Notes under the pieces: generated by a model
What the model saw: only the letters and a program-made list of their open reading frames with translations
What the model was told of the DNA's origin: nothing
Databases searched by the model: none
In this document: positions 39,701 through 53,200 of the stretch, one piece after another
How positions within the stretch are numbered: position 1 is the first letter of the stretch
How the letters are laid out: every line of letters starts with the position of its first letter
DNA from: Eledone cirrhosa
Taxonomy: Eukaryota
Assembly (NCBI GenBank): GCA_964016885.1
Contig: OZ024741.1
Span: 247,070,001 to 247,134,000, forward strand
DNA length: 64,000 nucleotides
Direction: 5' to 3'
Position numbers and translations under genes: made by a program

Positions 39701-42700
39701 AATTATCTCCCCTTGGACGGCTGGAAATTATCTCCCCTTGGATGGCTAGATATTACCTCCCCTTGGACGGCTGGAAATTATCTCCCCTTGATTTTTTTTA
39801 CAAATTATCTCCCCCTGATTTTTTTTTACAAATTATCTCCCCCTGATTTTTTTTTAAAAATTATCTCCCCCTGATTTTTGTTTACAAATTATCTCCGCCT
39901 GATTTTTTTTTAAAAATTATCTCCCCTTGGACGGCTGGAAATTATCTCCCCTTGGACGGCTGGAAATTATATCTCCTTGGACGGCTAGAATTTACCTCTC
40001 CTTGGACGGCTGAAAATTATCTCCCCTTGGACGGCTGGAAATTATCTCCCCTTGATTTTTTTTACAAATTATCTCCCCCTGATTTTTTTTTACAAATTAT
40101 CTCCCCCTGATTTTTTTTTACAAATTATCTCCCCCTAATTTTTTTTTACAAATTATCTCCCCCTAATTTTTTTACAAATTATCTCCCCTTGGCTGGCTGG
40201 AAATTATCTCCCCTTGGAGGCTGGAACTTATCTCCCCTTGGACGGCTAGAAATTACGTCTCCTTGGACGGCTGGAAAATATGTCTCCTTGGACGGCTCGA
40301 TATTATCTCCCCTTGGACGGCTGGAAATTATCTCCCCTTGGACGGCTGGAAATTATCTCCCCTTGGATGGCTAGATATTACCTCCCCTTGGACGGCTGGA
40401 AATTATCTCCCCTTGATTTTTTTTACAAATTATCTCCCCCTGATTTTTTTTTACAAATTATCTACCCCTGATTTTTTTTTACAAATTATCTCCCCCTGAT
40501 TTTTGTTTACAAATTATCTCCGCCTGATTTTTTTAAAAAAATTATCTCCCCTTGGACGGCTGGAAATTATCTCCCCTTGGACGGCTAGAAATTACCTCTC
40601 CTTGGACGGCTGAAAATTATCTCCCCTTGGACGGCTGGAAATTATCTCCCCTTGATTTTTTTACAAATTATCTCCCCCTGATTTTTTTTTTTACAAATTA
40701 TCTCCCCCTGATTTTTTTTTACAAATTATCTACCCCTGATTTTTTTTTACAAATTATCTCCCCCTGATTTTTTTTACAAATTATCTCCCCCTGATTTTTT
40801 TTTACAAATTATCTCCCCCTGATTTTTTTACAAATTATCTCCCCCTGATTTTTTTTACAAATTATCTCCGCCTGATTTTTTTAAATATTATCTCTCCTTC
40901 GCTGGCGGGAAATTATCTCCCCTTGGACGGCTGGAAATTATCTCCCCTTGGAAGGATGGAAATTATCTCCTCTTGGACGGCTGGAAATTATCTACCCCTG
41001 ATTTTTTTTACAAATTATCTCCCCCTGATTTTTTTACAAATTATCTCCCCCTGATTTTTTTTACAAATTATCTCCGCCTGATTTTTTTAAATGTTATCTC
41101 TCCTTGGCTGGCGGGAAATTATCTCTCCTTGGACGGCTGGAAATTATCTCCCCTTGGAAGGATGGAAATTATCTCCCCTTGGACGGCTGAAAATTATCTA
41201 CCCCTGATTTTTTTTACAAATTATCTCCCCCTGATTTTTTTTACAAATTATCTCCCCCTGATTTTTTTTACAAATTATCTACCCCTGATTTTTTTTACAA
41301 ATTATCTCCCCCTGATTTTTTTTACAAATTATCTCCCCTGATTTTTTTTTTACAAATTATCTCCCCCTGATTTTTTTACAAATTATCTCCCCCTGATTTT
41401 TTTTTTACAAATTATCTCCCCCTGATTTTTTTACAAATTATCTCCCCTTGGCTGGCTGGAAATTATCTCCCCTTGGAGGCTGGAACTTATCTCCCCTTGG
41501 ACGGCTAGAAATTACCTCTCCTTGGACGGCTGGAAAATATGTCTCCTTGGACGGCTGGATATTATCTCCCCTTGGACGGCTGGAAATTATCTCCCCTTGG
41601 ACGGCTGGAAATTATCTCCCCTTGGATGGCTAGATATTACCTCCCCTTGGACGGCTGGAAATTATCTCCCCTTGATTTTTTTTACAAATTATCTCCCCCT
41701 GATTTTTTTTTACAAATTATCTCCCCCTGATTTTTTTTTACAAATTATCTCCCCCTGATTTTTGTTTACAAATTATCTCCGCCTGATTTTTTTAAAAAAA
41801 TTATCTCCCCTTGGACGGCTGGAAATTATCTCCCCTTGGACGGCTAGAAATTACCTCTCCTTGGACGGCTGAAAATTATCTCCCCTTGGACGGCTGGAAA
41901 TTATCTCCCCTTGATTTTTTTACAAATTATCTCCCCCTGATTTTTTTTTTACAAATTATCTCCCCCTGATTTTTTTTTACAAATTATCTACCCTTGATTT
42001 TTTTTACAAATTATCTCCCCCTGATTTTTTTTACAAATTATCTCCCCCTGATTTTTTTTTACAAATTATCTCCCCCTGATTTTTTTACAAATTATCTCCC
42101 CCTGATTTTTTTTACAAATTATCTCCGCCTGATTTTTTTAAATATTATCTCTCCTTGGCTGGCGGGAAATTATCTCCCCTTGGACGGCTGGAAATTATCT
42201 CCCCTTGGAAGGATGGAAATTATCTCCCCTTGGACGGCTGGAAATTATCTACCCCTGATTTTTTTTACAAATTATCTCCCCCTGATTTTTTTACAAATTA
42301 TCTCCCCCTGATTTTTTTTACAAATTATCTCCGCCTGATTTTTTTAAATGTTATCTCTCCTTGGCTGGCGGGAAATTATCTCCCCTTGGACGGCTGGAAA
42401 TTATCTACCCCTGATTTTTTTTACAAATTATCTCCCCCTGATTTTTTTTACAAATTATCCTCCCCTGATTTTTTTTACAAATTATCTACCCCTGATTTTT
42501 TTTACAAATTATCTCCCCCTGATTTTTTTTACAAATTATCTCCCCCTGATTTTTTTTTTACAAATTATCTCCCCCTGATTTTTTTACAAATTATCTCCCC
42601 CTGATTTTTTTTACAAATTATCTCCGCCTGATTTTTTTAAATGTTATCTCTCCTTGGCTAGCGGGAAATTATCTCCCCTTGGACGGCTGGAAATTATCTC

Positions 42701-45700
42701 CCCTTGGAAGGATGGAAATTATCTCCCCTTGGACGGCTGGAAATTATCTACCCCTGATTTTTTTTACAAATTATCTACCCCTGATTTTTTTTACAAATTA
42801 TCTCCCCCTGATTTTTTTTTACAAATTATCTACCCCTGATTTTTTTACAAATTATCTCCCCTTGGCTGGCTGGAAATTATCTCCCCTTGGACGGCTAGAA
42901 ATTACCTCTCCTTGGACGGCTGAAAATTATCTCCCCTTGGACGGCTGGAAATTATCTCCCCTTGATTTTTTTACAAATTATCACCCCCTGATTTTTTTTT
43001 TACAAATTATCTCCCCCTGATTTTTTTTTACAAATTATCTCCCCCTGATTTTTGTTTACAAATTATCTCCGCCTGATTTTTTAAAAAAAATTATCTCCCC
43101 TTGGACGGCTGGAAATTATCTCCCCTTGGACGGCTAGAAATTACCTCCTTGGACGGCTGAAAATTATCTCCCCTTGGACGGCTGGAAATTATCTCCCCTT
43201 GATTTTTTTACAAATTATCTCCCCCTGATTTTTTTTTACAAATTATCTCCCCCTGATTTTTTTTTACAAATTATCTACCCCTGATTTTTTTTTACAAATT
43301 ATCTCCCCCTGATTTTTTTTACAAATTATCTCCCCTGATTTTTTTTTACAAATTATCTCCCCCTGATTTTTTTACAAATTATCTCCCCCTGATTTTTTTT
43401 ACAAATTATCTCCGCCTGATTTTTTTAAATATTATCTCTCCTTGGCTGGCGGGAAATTATCTCCCCTTGGAAGGATGGAAATTATCTCCCCTTGGACGGC
43501 TGGAAATTATCTACCCCTGATTTTTTTTACAAATTATCTCCCCCTGATTTTTTTACAAATTATCTCCCCCTGATTTTTTTTACAAATTATCTCCGCCTGA
43601 TTTTTTTAAATGTTATCTCTCCTTGGCTGGCGGGAAATTATCTCCCCTTGGACGGCTGGAAATTATCTCCCCTTGGAAGGATGGAAATTATCTCCCCTTG
43701 GACGGCTGGAAATTATCTACCCCTGATTTTTTTTACAAATTATCTCCCCCTGATTTTTTTTACAAATTATCTCCCCCTGATTTTTTTTACAAATTATCTA
43801 CCCCTGATTTTTTTACAAATTATCTCCCCTTGGCTGGCTGGAAATTATCTCCCCTTGGACGGCTAGGAATTACCTGTCCTTGGACGGCTGAAAATTATCT
43901 CCCCTTGGACGGCTGGAAATTATCTCCCCTTGATTTTTTTACAAATTATCTCCCCCTGATTTTTTTTTTACAAATTATCTCCCCCTGATTTTTTTTTACA
44001 AATTATCTACCCCTGATTTTTTTTTACAAATTATCTCCCCTTGATTTTTTTTACAAATTATCTCCCCCTGATTTTTTTTTACAAATTATCTCCCCATGAT
44101 TTTTTTTTACAAATTATCTCCCCCTGATTTTTGTTTACAAATTATCTCCGCCTGATTTTTTTAAAAAAATTATCTCCCCTTGGACGGCTGGAAATTATCT
44201 CCCCTTGGACGGCTAGAAATTACCTCTCCTTGGACGGCTGAAAATTATCTCCCCTTGGACGGCTGGAAATTATCTCCCCTTGATTTTTTTACATATTATC
44301 TCCCCCTGATTTTTTTTTTACAAATTATCTCCCCCTGATTTTTTTTTACAAATTATCTACCCCTGATTTTTTTTTACAAATTATCTCCCCCTGATTTTTT
44401 TAAATGTTATCTCTCCTTGGCTGGCGGGAAATTATCTCCCCTTGGACGGCTGGAAATTATCTCCCCTTGGAAGGATGGAAATTATCTCCCCTTGGACGGC
44501 TGAAAATTATCTACCCCTGATTTTTTTTACAAATTATCTCCCCCTGATTTTTTTACAAATTATCTCCGCCTGATTTTTTTAAATGTTATCTCTCCTTGGC
44601 TGGCGGGAAATTATCTCCCCTTGGACGGCTGGAAATTATCTCCCCTTGGAAGGATGGAAATTATCTCCCCTTGGACGGCTGAAAATTATCTACCCCTGAT
44701 TTTTTTTACAAATTATCTCCCCCTGATTTTTTTTACAAATTATCTCCCCCTGATTTTTTTTTACAAATTATCTCCCCCTGATTTTTTTTTTACAAATTAT
44801 CTCCCCCTGATTTTTTTACAAATTATCTCCCCCTGATTTTTTTTACAATCTCCGCCTGATTTTTTAAAAAATTATCTTCCCTTGGCTGGCGGGAAATTAT
44901 CTCCCCTTGGACGGCTGGAAATTATCTCCCCTTGGAAGGATGGAAATTATCTCCCCTTGGACGGCTGGAAATTATCTCCCCTTGCACGGCTGGAAATTAT
45001 AGCCCCTTGGAGGGCTGGAAATTATCTCCCCTTGATATTTTTTTACAAATTATCTCCCCCTGATTTTTTTTTCAAATTATCTCCCCCTGATTTTTTTTAC
45101 AAATTATCTCCCCCCTGATTTTTTTACAAATTATCTCCCCTTGGCTGGCTGGAAATTATCTCCCCTTGGAGGCTGGAACTTATCTCCCCTTGGACGGCTA
45201 GAAATTACCTCTCCTTGGACGGCTGGAAAATATGTCTCCTTGGACGGCTGGATATTATCTCCCCTTGGACGGCTGGAAATTATCTCCCCTTGGACGGCTG
45301 GAAATTATCTCCCCTTGGATGGCTAGATATTACCTCCCCTTGGACGGCTGGAAATTATCTCCCCTTGATTATTTTTACAAATTATCTCCCCCTGATTTTT
45401 TTTTACAAATTATCTCCCCCTGATTTTTTTTTAAAAATTATCTCCCCCTGATTTTTGTTTACAAATTATCTCCGCCTGATTTTTTTTTAAAAATTATCTC
45501 CCCTTGGACGGCTGGAAATTATCTCCCCTTGGACGGCTGGAAATTATATCTCCTTGGACGGCTAGAATTTACCTCTCCTTGGACGGCTGAAAATTATCTC
45601 CCCTTGGACGGCTGGAAATTATCTCCCCTTGATTTTTTTTTACAAATTATCTCCCCCTGATTTTTTTTTACAAATTATCTCCCCCTGATTTTTTTAAATA

Positions 45701-46880
45701 TTATCTCTCCTTGGCTGGCGGGAAATTATCTCCCCTTGGACGGCTGGAAATTATCTCCCCTTGGAAGGATGGAAATTATCTCCCCTTGGACGGCTGGAAA
45801 TTATCTACCCCTGATTTTTTTTACAAATTATCTCCCCCTGATTTTTTTACAAATTATCTCCGCCTGATTTTTTTAAATGTTATCTCTCCTTGGCTGGCGG
45901 GAAATTATCTCCCCTTGGACGGCTGGAAATTATCTCCCCTTGGAAGGATGGAAATTATCTCCCCTTGGACGGCTGAAAATTATCTACCCCTGATTTTTTT
46001 TACAAATTATCTCCCCCTGATTTTTTTTACAAATTATCTCCCCCTGATTTTTTTTACAAATTATCTACCCCTGATTTTTTCTACAAATTATCTCCCCCTG
46101 ATTTTTTTTACAAATTATCTCCCCCTGATTTTTTTTTTACAAATTATCTCCCCCTGATTTTTTTACAAATTATCTCCCCCTGATTTTTTTTTTACAAATT
46201 ATCTCCCCCTGATTTTTTTACAAATTATCTCCCCTTGGCTGGCTGGAAATTTTCTCCCCTTGGAGGCTGGAACTTATATCCCCTTGGACGGCTAGAAATT
46301 ACCTCTCCTTGGACGGCTGGAAAATATGTCTCCTTGGACGGCTGGATATTATCTCCCCTTGGACGGCTGGAAATTATCTCCCCTTGGACGGCTGGAAATT
46401 ATCTCCCCTTGGATGGCTAGATATTACCTCCCCTTGGACGGCTGGAAATTATCTCCCCTTGATTTTTTTTACAAATTATCTCCCCCTGATTTTTTTTTAC
46501 AAATTATCTCCCCCTGATTTTTTTTTACAAATTATCTCCCCCTGATTTTTGTTTACAAATTATCTCCGCCTGATTTTTAAAAAAAAATTATCTCCCCTTG
46601 GACGGCTGGAAATTATCTCCCCTTGGACGGCTAGAAATTACCTCCTTGCACGGCTGAAAATTATCTCCCCTTGGACGGCTGGAAATTATCTCCCCTTGAT
46701 TTTTTTACAAATTATCTCCCCCTGATTTTTTTTTTACAAATTATCTCCCCCTGATTTTTTTTTACAAATTATCTACCCCTGATTTTTTTTTACAAATTAT
46801 CTCCCCCTGATTTTTTTTACAAATTATCTCCCCTGATTTTTTTTTACAAATTATCTCCCCCTGATTTTTTTACAAATTAT
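30740..46880. repeat. Tandem duplication of a ~8.1 kb segment (about 30740-38833 and 38834-46880)
   Basis: Constant offset of 8094 (30814/38908, 32095/40189, 34061/42155), then 8044-8045 after a 50-bp deletion near 42390 (34610/42654, 38190/46235). Rare variants are shared between the copies. Confidence 0.92.
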
Positions 46881-49800
46881 CTCCCCCTGATTTTTTTTAC
46901 AAATTATCTCCGCCTGATTTTTTTAAATATTATCTCTCCTTGGCTGGCGGGAAATTATCTCCCCTTGGACGGCTGGAAATTATCTCCCCTTGGAAGGATG
47001 GAAATTATCTCCCCTTGGACGGCTGGAAATTATCTACCCCTGATTTATTTTACAAATTATCTCCCCCTGATTTTTTTTTACAAATTATCTACATCTGATT
47101 TTTTTACAAATTATCTCCCCTTGGCTGGCTGGAAATTATCCCCCCTTGGACGGCTAGAAATTACCTCTCCTTGGACGGCTGAAAATTATCTCCCCTTGGA
47201 CGGCTGGAAATTATCTCCCCTTGATTTTTTTACAAATTATCTCCCCCTGATTTTTTTTTTACAAATTATCTCCTCCTGATTTTTTTTTACAAATTATCTA
47301 CCCCTGATTTTTTTTTACAAATTATCTCCCCCTGATTTTTTTTTACAAATTATCTCCCCCTGATTTTTGTTTACAAATTATCTCGTATGATTTTTTTAAA
47401 AAAATTATCTCCCCTTGGACGGCTGGAAATTATCTCCCCTTGGACGGCTAGAAATTACCTCTCCTTGGACGGCTGAAAATTATCTCCCGTTGGACGGCTG
47501 GAAATTATCTCCCCTTGATTTTTTTACAAATTATCTCCCCCTGATTTTTTTTTTACAAATTATCTCCCCCTGATTTTTTTTTACAAATTATCTACCCCTG
47601 ATTTTTTTTTACAAATTATCTCCCCCTGATTTTTTTTTACGAATTATCTCCCCCTGATTTTTTTTTACAAATTATCTCCCCCTGATTTTTTTAAATGTTA
47701 TCTCTCCTTGGCTGGCGGGAAATTATCTCCCCTTGGACGGCTGGAAATTATCTCCCCTTGGAAGGATGGAAATTATCTCCCCTTGGACGGCTGAAAATTA
47801 TCTACCCCTGATTTTTTTTACAAATTATCTCCCCCTGATTTTTTTACAAATTATCTCCGCCTGATTTTTTTAAATGTTATCTCTCCTTGGCTGGCGGGAA
47901 ATTATCTCCCCTTGGACGGCTGGAAATTATCTCCCCTTGGAAGGATGGAAATTATCTCCCCTTGGACGGCTGAAAATTATCTACCCCTGATTTTTTTTAC
48001 AAATTATCTCCCCCTGATTTTTTTTACAAATTATCTCCCCCTGATTTTTTTTACAAATTATCTACCCCTGATTTTTTTTACAAATTATCTCCCCCTGATT
48101 TTTTTTACAAATTATCTCCCCCTGATATTTTTTTACAAATTATCTCCCCCTGATTTTGTTTTACAAATTATCTCCCCCTGATTTTTTTACAAATTATCTC
48201 CCCCTGATTTTTTTTACAATCTCCGCCTGATTTTTTAAAAAATTATCTTCCCTTGGCTGGCGGGAAATTATCTCCCCTTGGACGGCTGGAAATTATCTCA
48301 CCTTGGAAGGATGGAAATTAGCTCCCCTTGGACGGCTGGAAATTATCTCCCCTTGCACGGCTGGAAATTATAGCCCCTTGGAGGGCTGGAAATTATCTCC
48401 CCTTGATATTTTTTACAAATTATCTCCTCCTGATTTTTTTTTCAAATTATCTCCCCCTGATTTTTTTTACAAATTATCTCCCCCCTGATTTTTTTACAAA
48501 TTATCTCCCCTTGGCTGGCTGGAAATTATCTCCCCTTGGAGGCTGGAACTTATCTCCCCTTGGACGGCTAGAAATTACCTCTCCTTGGACGGCTGGAAAA
48601 TATGTCTCCTTGGACGGCTGGATATTATCTCCCCTTGGACGGCTGGAAATTATCTCCCCTTGGACGGCTGGAAATTATCTCCCCTTGGATGGCTAAATAT
48701 TACCTCCCTTGGACGGCTGGAAATTATCTCCCCCTGATTTTTTTTACAAATTATCTCCCCCTGATTTTTTTTTACAAATTATCTCCCCCTGATTTTTGTT
48801 TACAAATTATCTCCGCCTGATTTTTAAAAAAAAATTATCTCCCCTTGGACGGCTGGAAATTATCTCCCCTTGGACGGCTAGAAATTACCTCCTTGGACGG
48901 CTGAAAATTATCTCCCCTTGGACGGCTGGAAATTATCTCCCCTTGATTTTTTTACAAATTATCTCCTCCTGATTTTTTTTTTACAAATTATCTCCCCCTG
49001 ATTTTTTTTTACAAATTATCTACCCCTGATTTTTTTTTACAAATTATCTCCCCCTGATTTTTTTTACAAATTATCTCCCCTGATTTTTTTTTACAAATTA
49101 TCTCCCCCTGATTTTTTTACAAATTATCTCCCCCTGATTTTTTTTACAAATTATCTCCGCCTGATTTTTTTAAATATTATCTCTCCTTGGCTGGCGGGAA
49201 ATTATCTCCCCTTGGACGGCTGGAAATTATCTCCCCTTGGAAGGATGGAAATTATCTCCCCTTGGACGGCTGGAAATTATCTACCCCTGATTTTTTTTAC
49301 AAATTATCTCCCCCTGATTTTTTTACAAATTATCTCCCCCTGATTTTTTTTACAAATTATCTCCGCCTGATTTTTTTAAATGTTATCTCTCCTTGGCTGG
49401 CGGGAAATTATCTCCCCTTGGACGGCTGGAAATTATCTCCCCTTGGAAGGATGGAAATTATCTCCCCTTGGACGGCTGGAAATTATCTACCCCTGATTTT
49501 TTTTACAAATTATATCCCCCTGATTTTTTTACAAATTATCTCCCCTTGGCTGGCTGGAAATTATCTCCCCTTGGACGGCTAGAAATTACCTGTCCTTGGA
49601 CGGCTGAAAATTATCTCCCCTTGGACGGCTGGAAATTATCTCCCCTTGATTTTTTTACAAATTATCTCCCCCTGATTTTTTTTTTACAAATTATCTCCCC
49701 CTGATTTTTTTTTACAAATTATCTACCCCAGATTTTTTTTTACAAATTATCTCCCCTTGATTTTTTTTACAAATTATCTCCCCCTGATTTTTTTTTACAA

Positions 49801-50274
49801 ATTATCTCCCCCTGATTTTTGTTTACAAATTATCTCCGCCTGATTTTTTTAAAAAAATTATCTCCCCTTGGACGGCTGGAAATTATCTCCCCTTGGACGG
49901 CTAGAAATTACCTCTCCTTGGACGGCTGAAAATTATCTCCCCTTGGACGGCTGGAAATTATCTCCCCTTGATTTTTTTACAAATTATCTCCCCCTGATTT
50001 TTTTTTTACAAATTATCTCCCCCTGATTTTTTTTTACAAATTATCTACCCCTGATTTTTTTTTACAAATTATCTCCCCCTGATTTTTTTTACGAATTATC
50101 TCCCCCTGATTTTTTTTTACAAATTATCTCCCCCTGATTTTTTTAAATGTTATCTCTCCTTGGCTGGCGGGAAATTATCTCCCCTTGGACGGCTGGAAAT
50201 TATCTCCCCTTGGAAGGATGGAAATTATCTCCCCTTGGACGGCTGAAAATTATCTACCCCTGATTTTTTTTACA

Positions 50275-53200
50275 AATTATCTCCCCCTGATTTTTTTACA
50301 AATTATCTCCGCCTGATTTTTTTAAATGTTATCTCTCCTTGGCTGGCGGGAAATTATCTCCCCTTGGACGGCTGGAAATTATCTCCCCTTGGAAGGATGG
50401 AAATTATCTCCCCTTGGACGGCTGAAAATTATCTACCCCTGATTTTTTTTACAAATTATCTCCCCCTGATTTTTTTTACAAATTATCTCCCCCTGATTTT
50501 TTTTTACAAATTATCTCCCCCTGATTTTTTTTTTACAAATTATCTCCCCCTGATTTTTTTACAAATTATCTCCCCCTGATTTTTTTTACAATCTCCGCCT
50601 GATTTTTTAAAAAATTATCTTCCCTTGGCTGGCGGGAAATTATCTCCCCTTGGACGGCTGGAAATTATCTCCCCTTGGAAGGATGGAAATTATCTCCCCT
50701 TGGACGGCTGGAAATTATCTCCCCTTGCACGGCTGGAAATTATAGCCCCTTGGAGGGCTGGAAATTATCTCCCCTCGATATTTTTTACAAATTATCTCCC
50801 CCTGATTTTTTTTTCAAATTATCTCCCCCTGATTTTTTTTACAAATTATCTCCCCCCTGATTTTTTTACAAATTATCTCCCCTTGGCTGGCTGGAAATTA
50901 TCTCCCCTTGGAGGCTGGAACTTATCTCCCCTTGGACGGCTAGAAATTACCTCTCCTTGGACGGCTGGAAAATATGTCTCCTTGGACGGCTGGATATTAT
51001 CTCCCCTTGGACGGCTGGAAATTATCTCCCCTTGGACGGCTGGAAATTATCTCCCCTTGGATGGCTAGATATTACCTCCCCTTGGACGGCTGGAAATTAT
51101 CTCCCCTTGATTATTTTTACAAATTATCTCCCCCTGATTTTTTTTTACAAATTATCTCCCCCTGATTTTTTTTTAAAAATTATCTCCCCCTGATTTTTGT
51201 TTACAAATTATCTCCGCCTGATTTTTTTAAAAAAATTATCTCCCCTTGGACGGCTGGAAATTATCTCCCCTTGGACGGCTGGAAATTATATCTCCTTGGA
51301 CGGCTAAAATTTACCTCTCCTTGGACGGCTGAAAATTATCTCCCCTTGGACGGCTGGAAATTATCTCCCCTTGATTTTTTTTACAAATTATCTCCCCCTG
51401 ATTTTTTTTTACAAATTATCTCCCCCTGATTTTTTTTTACAAATTATCTCCCCCTGATTTTTTTTTACAAATTATCTCCGCCTGATTTTTTTTACAAATT
51501 ATCTCCGCCTGATTTTTTAAAATATTATCTCTCCTTGGCTGGCGGGAAATTATCTCCCCTTGGACGGCTGGAAATTATCTCCCCTTGGAAGGATGGAAAT
51601 TATCTCCCCTTGGACGGCTGGAAATTATCTACCCCTGATTTTTTTTACAAATTATCTCCCCCTGATTTTTTTACAAATTATCTCCCCCTGATTTTTTTTA
51701 CAAATTATCTCCGCCTGATTTTTTTAAATGTTATCTCTCCTTGGCTGGCGGGAAATTATCTCCCCTTGGACGGCTGGAAATTATCTCCCCTTGGAAGGAT
51801 GGAAATTATCTCCCCTTGGACGGCTGAAAATTATCTACCCCTGATTTTTTTTACAAATTATCTCCCCCTGATTTTTTTTACAAATTATCTCCCCCTGATT
51901 TTTTTTACAAATTATCTACCCCTGATTTTTTCTACAAATTATCTCCCCCTGATTTTTTTTACAAATTATCTCCCCCTGATTTTTTTTTTACAAATTATCT
52001 CCCCCTGATTTTTTTACAAATTATCTCCCCCTGATTTTTTTTTTACAAATTATCTCCCCCTGATTTTTTTACAAATTATCTCCCCTTGGCTGGCTGGAAA
52101 TTTTCTCCCCTTGGAGGCTGGAACTTATCTCCCCTTGGACGGCTAGAAATTACCTCTCCTTGGACGGCTGGAAAATATGTCTCCTTGGACGGCTGGATAT
52201 TATCTCCCCTTGGACGGCTGGAAATTATCTCCCCTTGGACGGCTGGAAATTATCTCCCCTTGGATGGCAAGATATTACCTCCCCTTGGACGGCTGGAAAT
52301 CATCTCCCCTTGATTTTTTTTACAAATTATCTCCCCCTGATTTTTTTTTACAAATTATCTCCCCCTGATTTTTTTTTACAAATTATCTCCCCCTGATTTT
52401 TGTTTACAAATTATCTCCGCCTGATTTTTTAAAAAAAATTATCTCCCCTTGGACGGCTGGAAATTATCTCCCCTTGGACGGCTAGAAATTACCTCCTTGG
52501 ACGGCTGAAAATTATCTCCCCTTGGACGGCTGGAAATTATCTCCCCTTGATTTTTTTACAAATTATCTCCCCCTGATTTTTTTTTACAAATTATCTCCCC
52601 CTGATTTTTTTTTACAAATTATCTACCCCTGATTTTTTTTTACAAATTATCTCCCCCTGATTTTTTTACAAATTATCTCCCCCTGATTTTTTTTACAAAT
52701 TATCTCCGCCTGATTTTTTTAAATATTATCTCTCCTTGGCTGGCGGGAAATTATCTCCCCTTGGACGGCTGGAAATTATCTCCCCTTGGAAGGATGGAAA
52801 TTATCTCCCCTTGGACGGCTGGAAATTATCTACCCCTGATTTTTTTTACAAATTATCTCCCCCTGATTTTTTTTACAAATTATCTCCCCCTGATTTTTTT
52901 TTACAAATTATCTACATCTGATTTTTTTACAAATTATCTCCCCTTGGCTGGCTGGAAATTATCTCCCCTTGGACGGCTAGAAATTACCTCTCCTTGGACG
53001 GCTGAAAATTATCTCCCCTTGGACGGCTGGAAATTATCTCCCCTTGATTTTTTTACAAATCATCTCCCCCTGATTTTTTTTTTACAAATTATCTCCCCCT
53101 GATTTTTTTACAAATTATCTCCGCCTGATTTTTTTAAATGTTATCTCTCCTTGGCTGGCGGGAAATTATCTCCCCTTGGACGGCTGGAAATTATCTCCCC

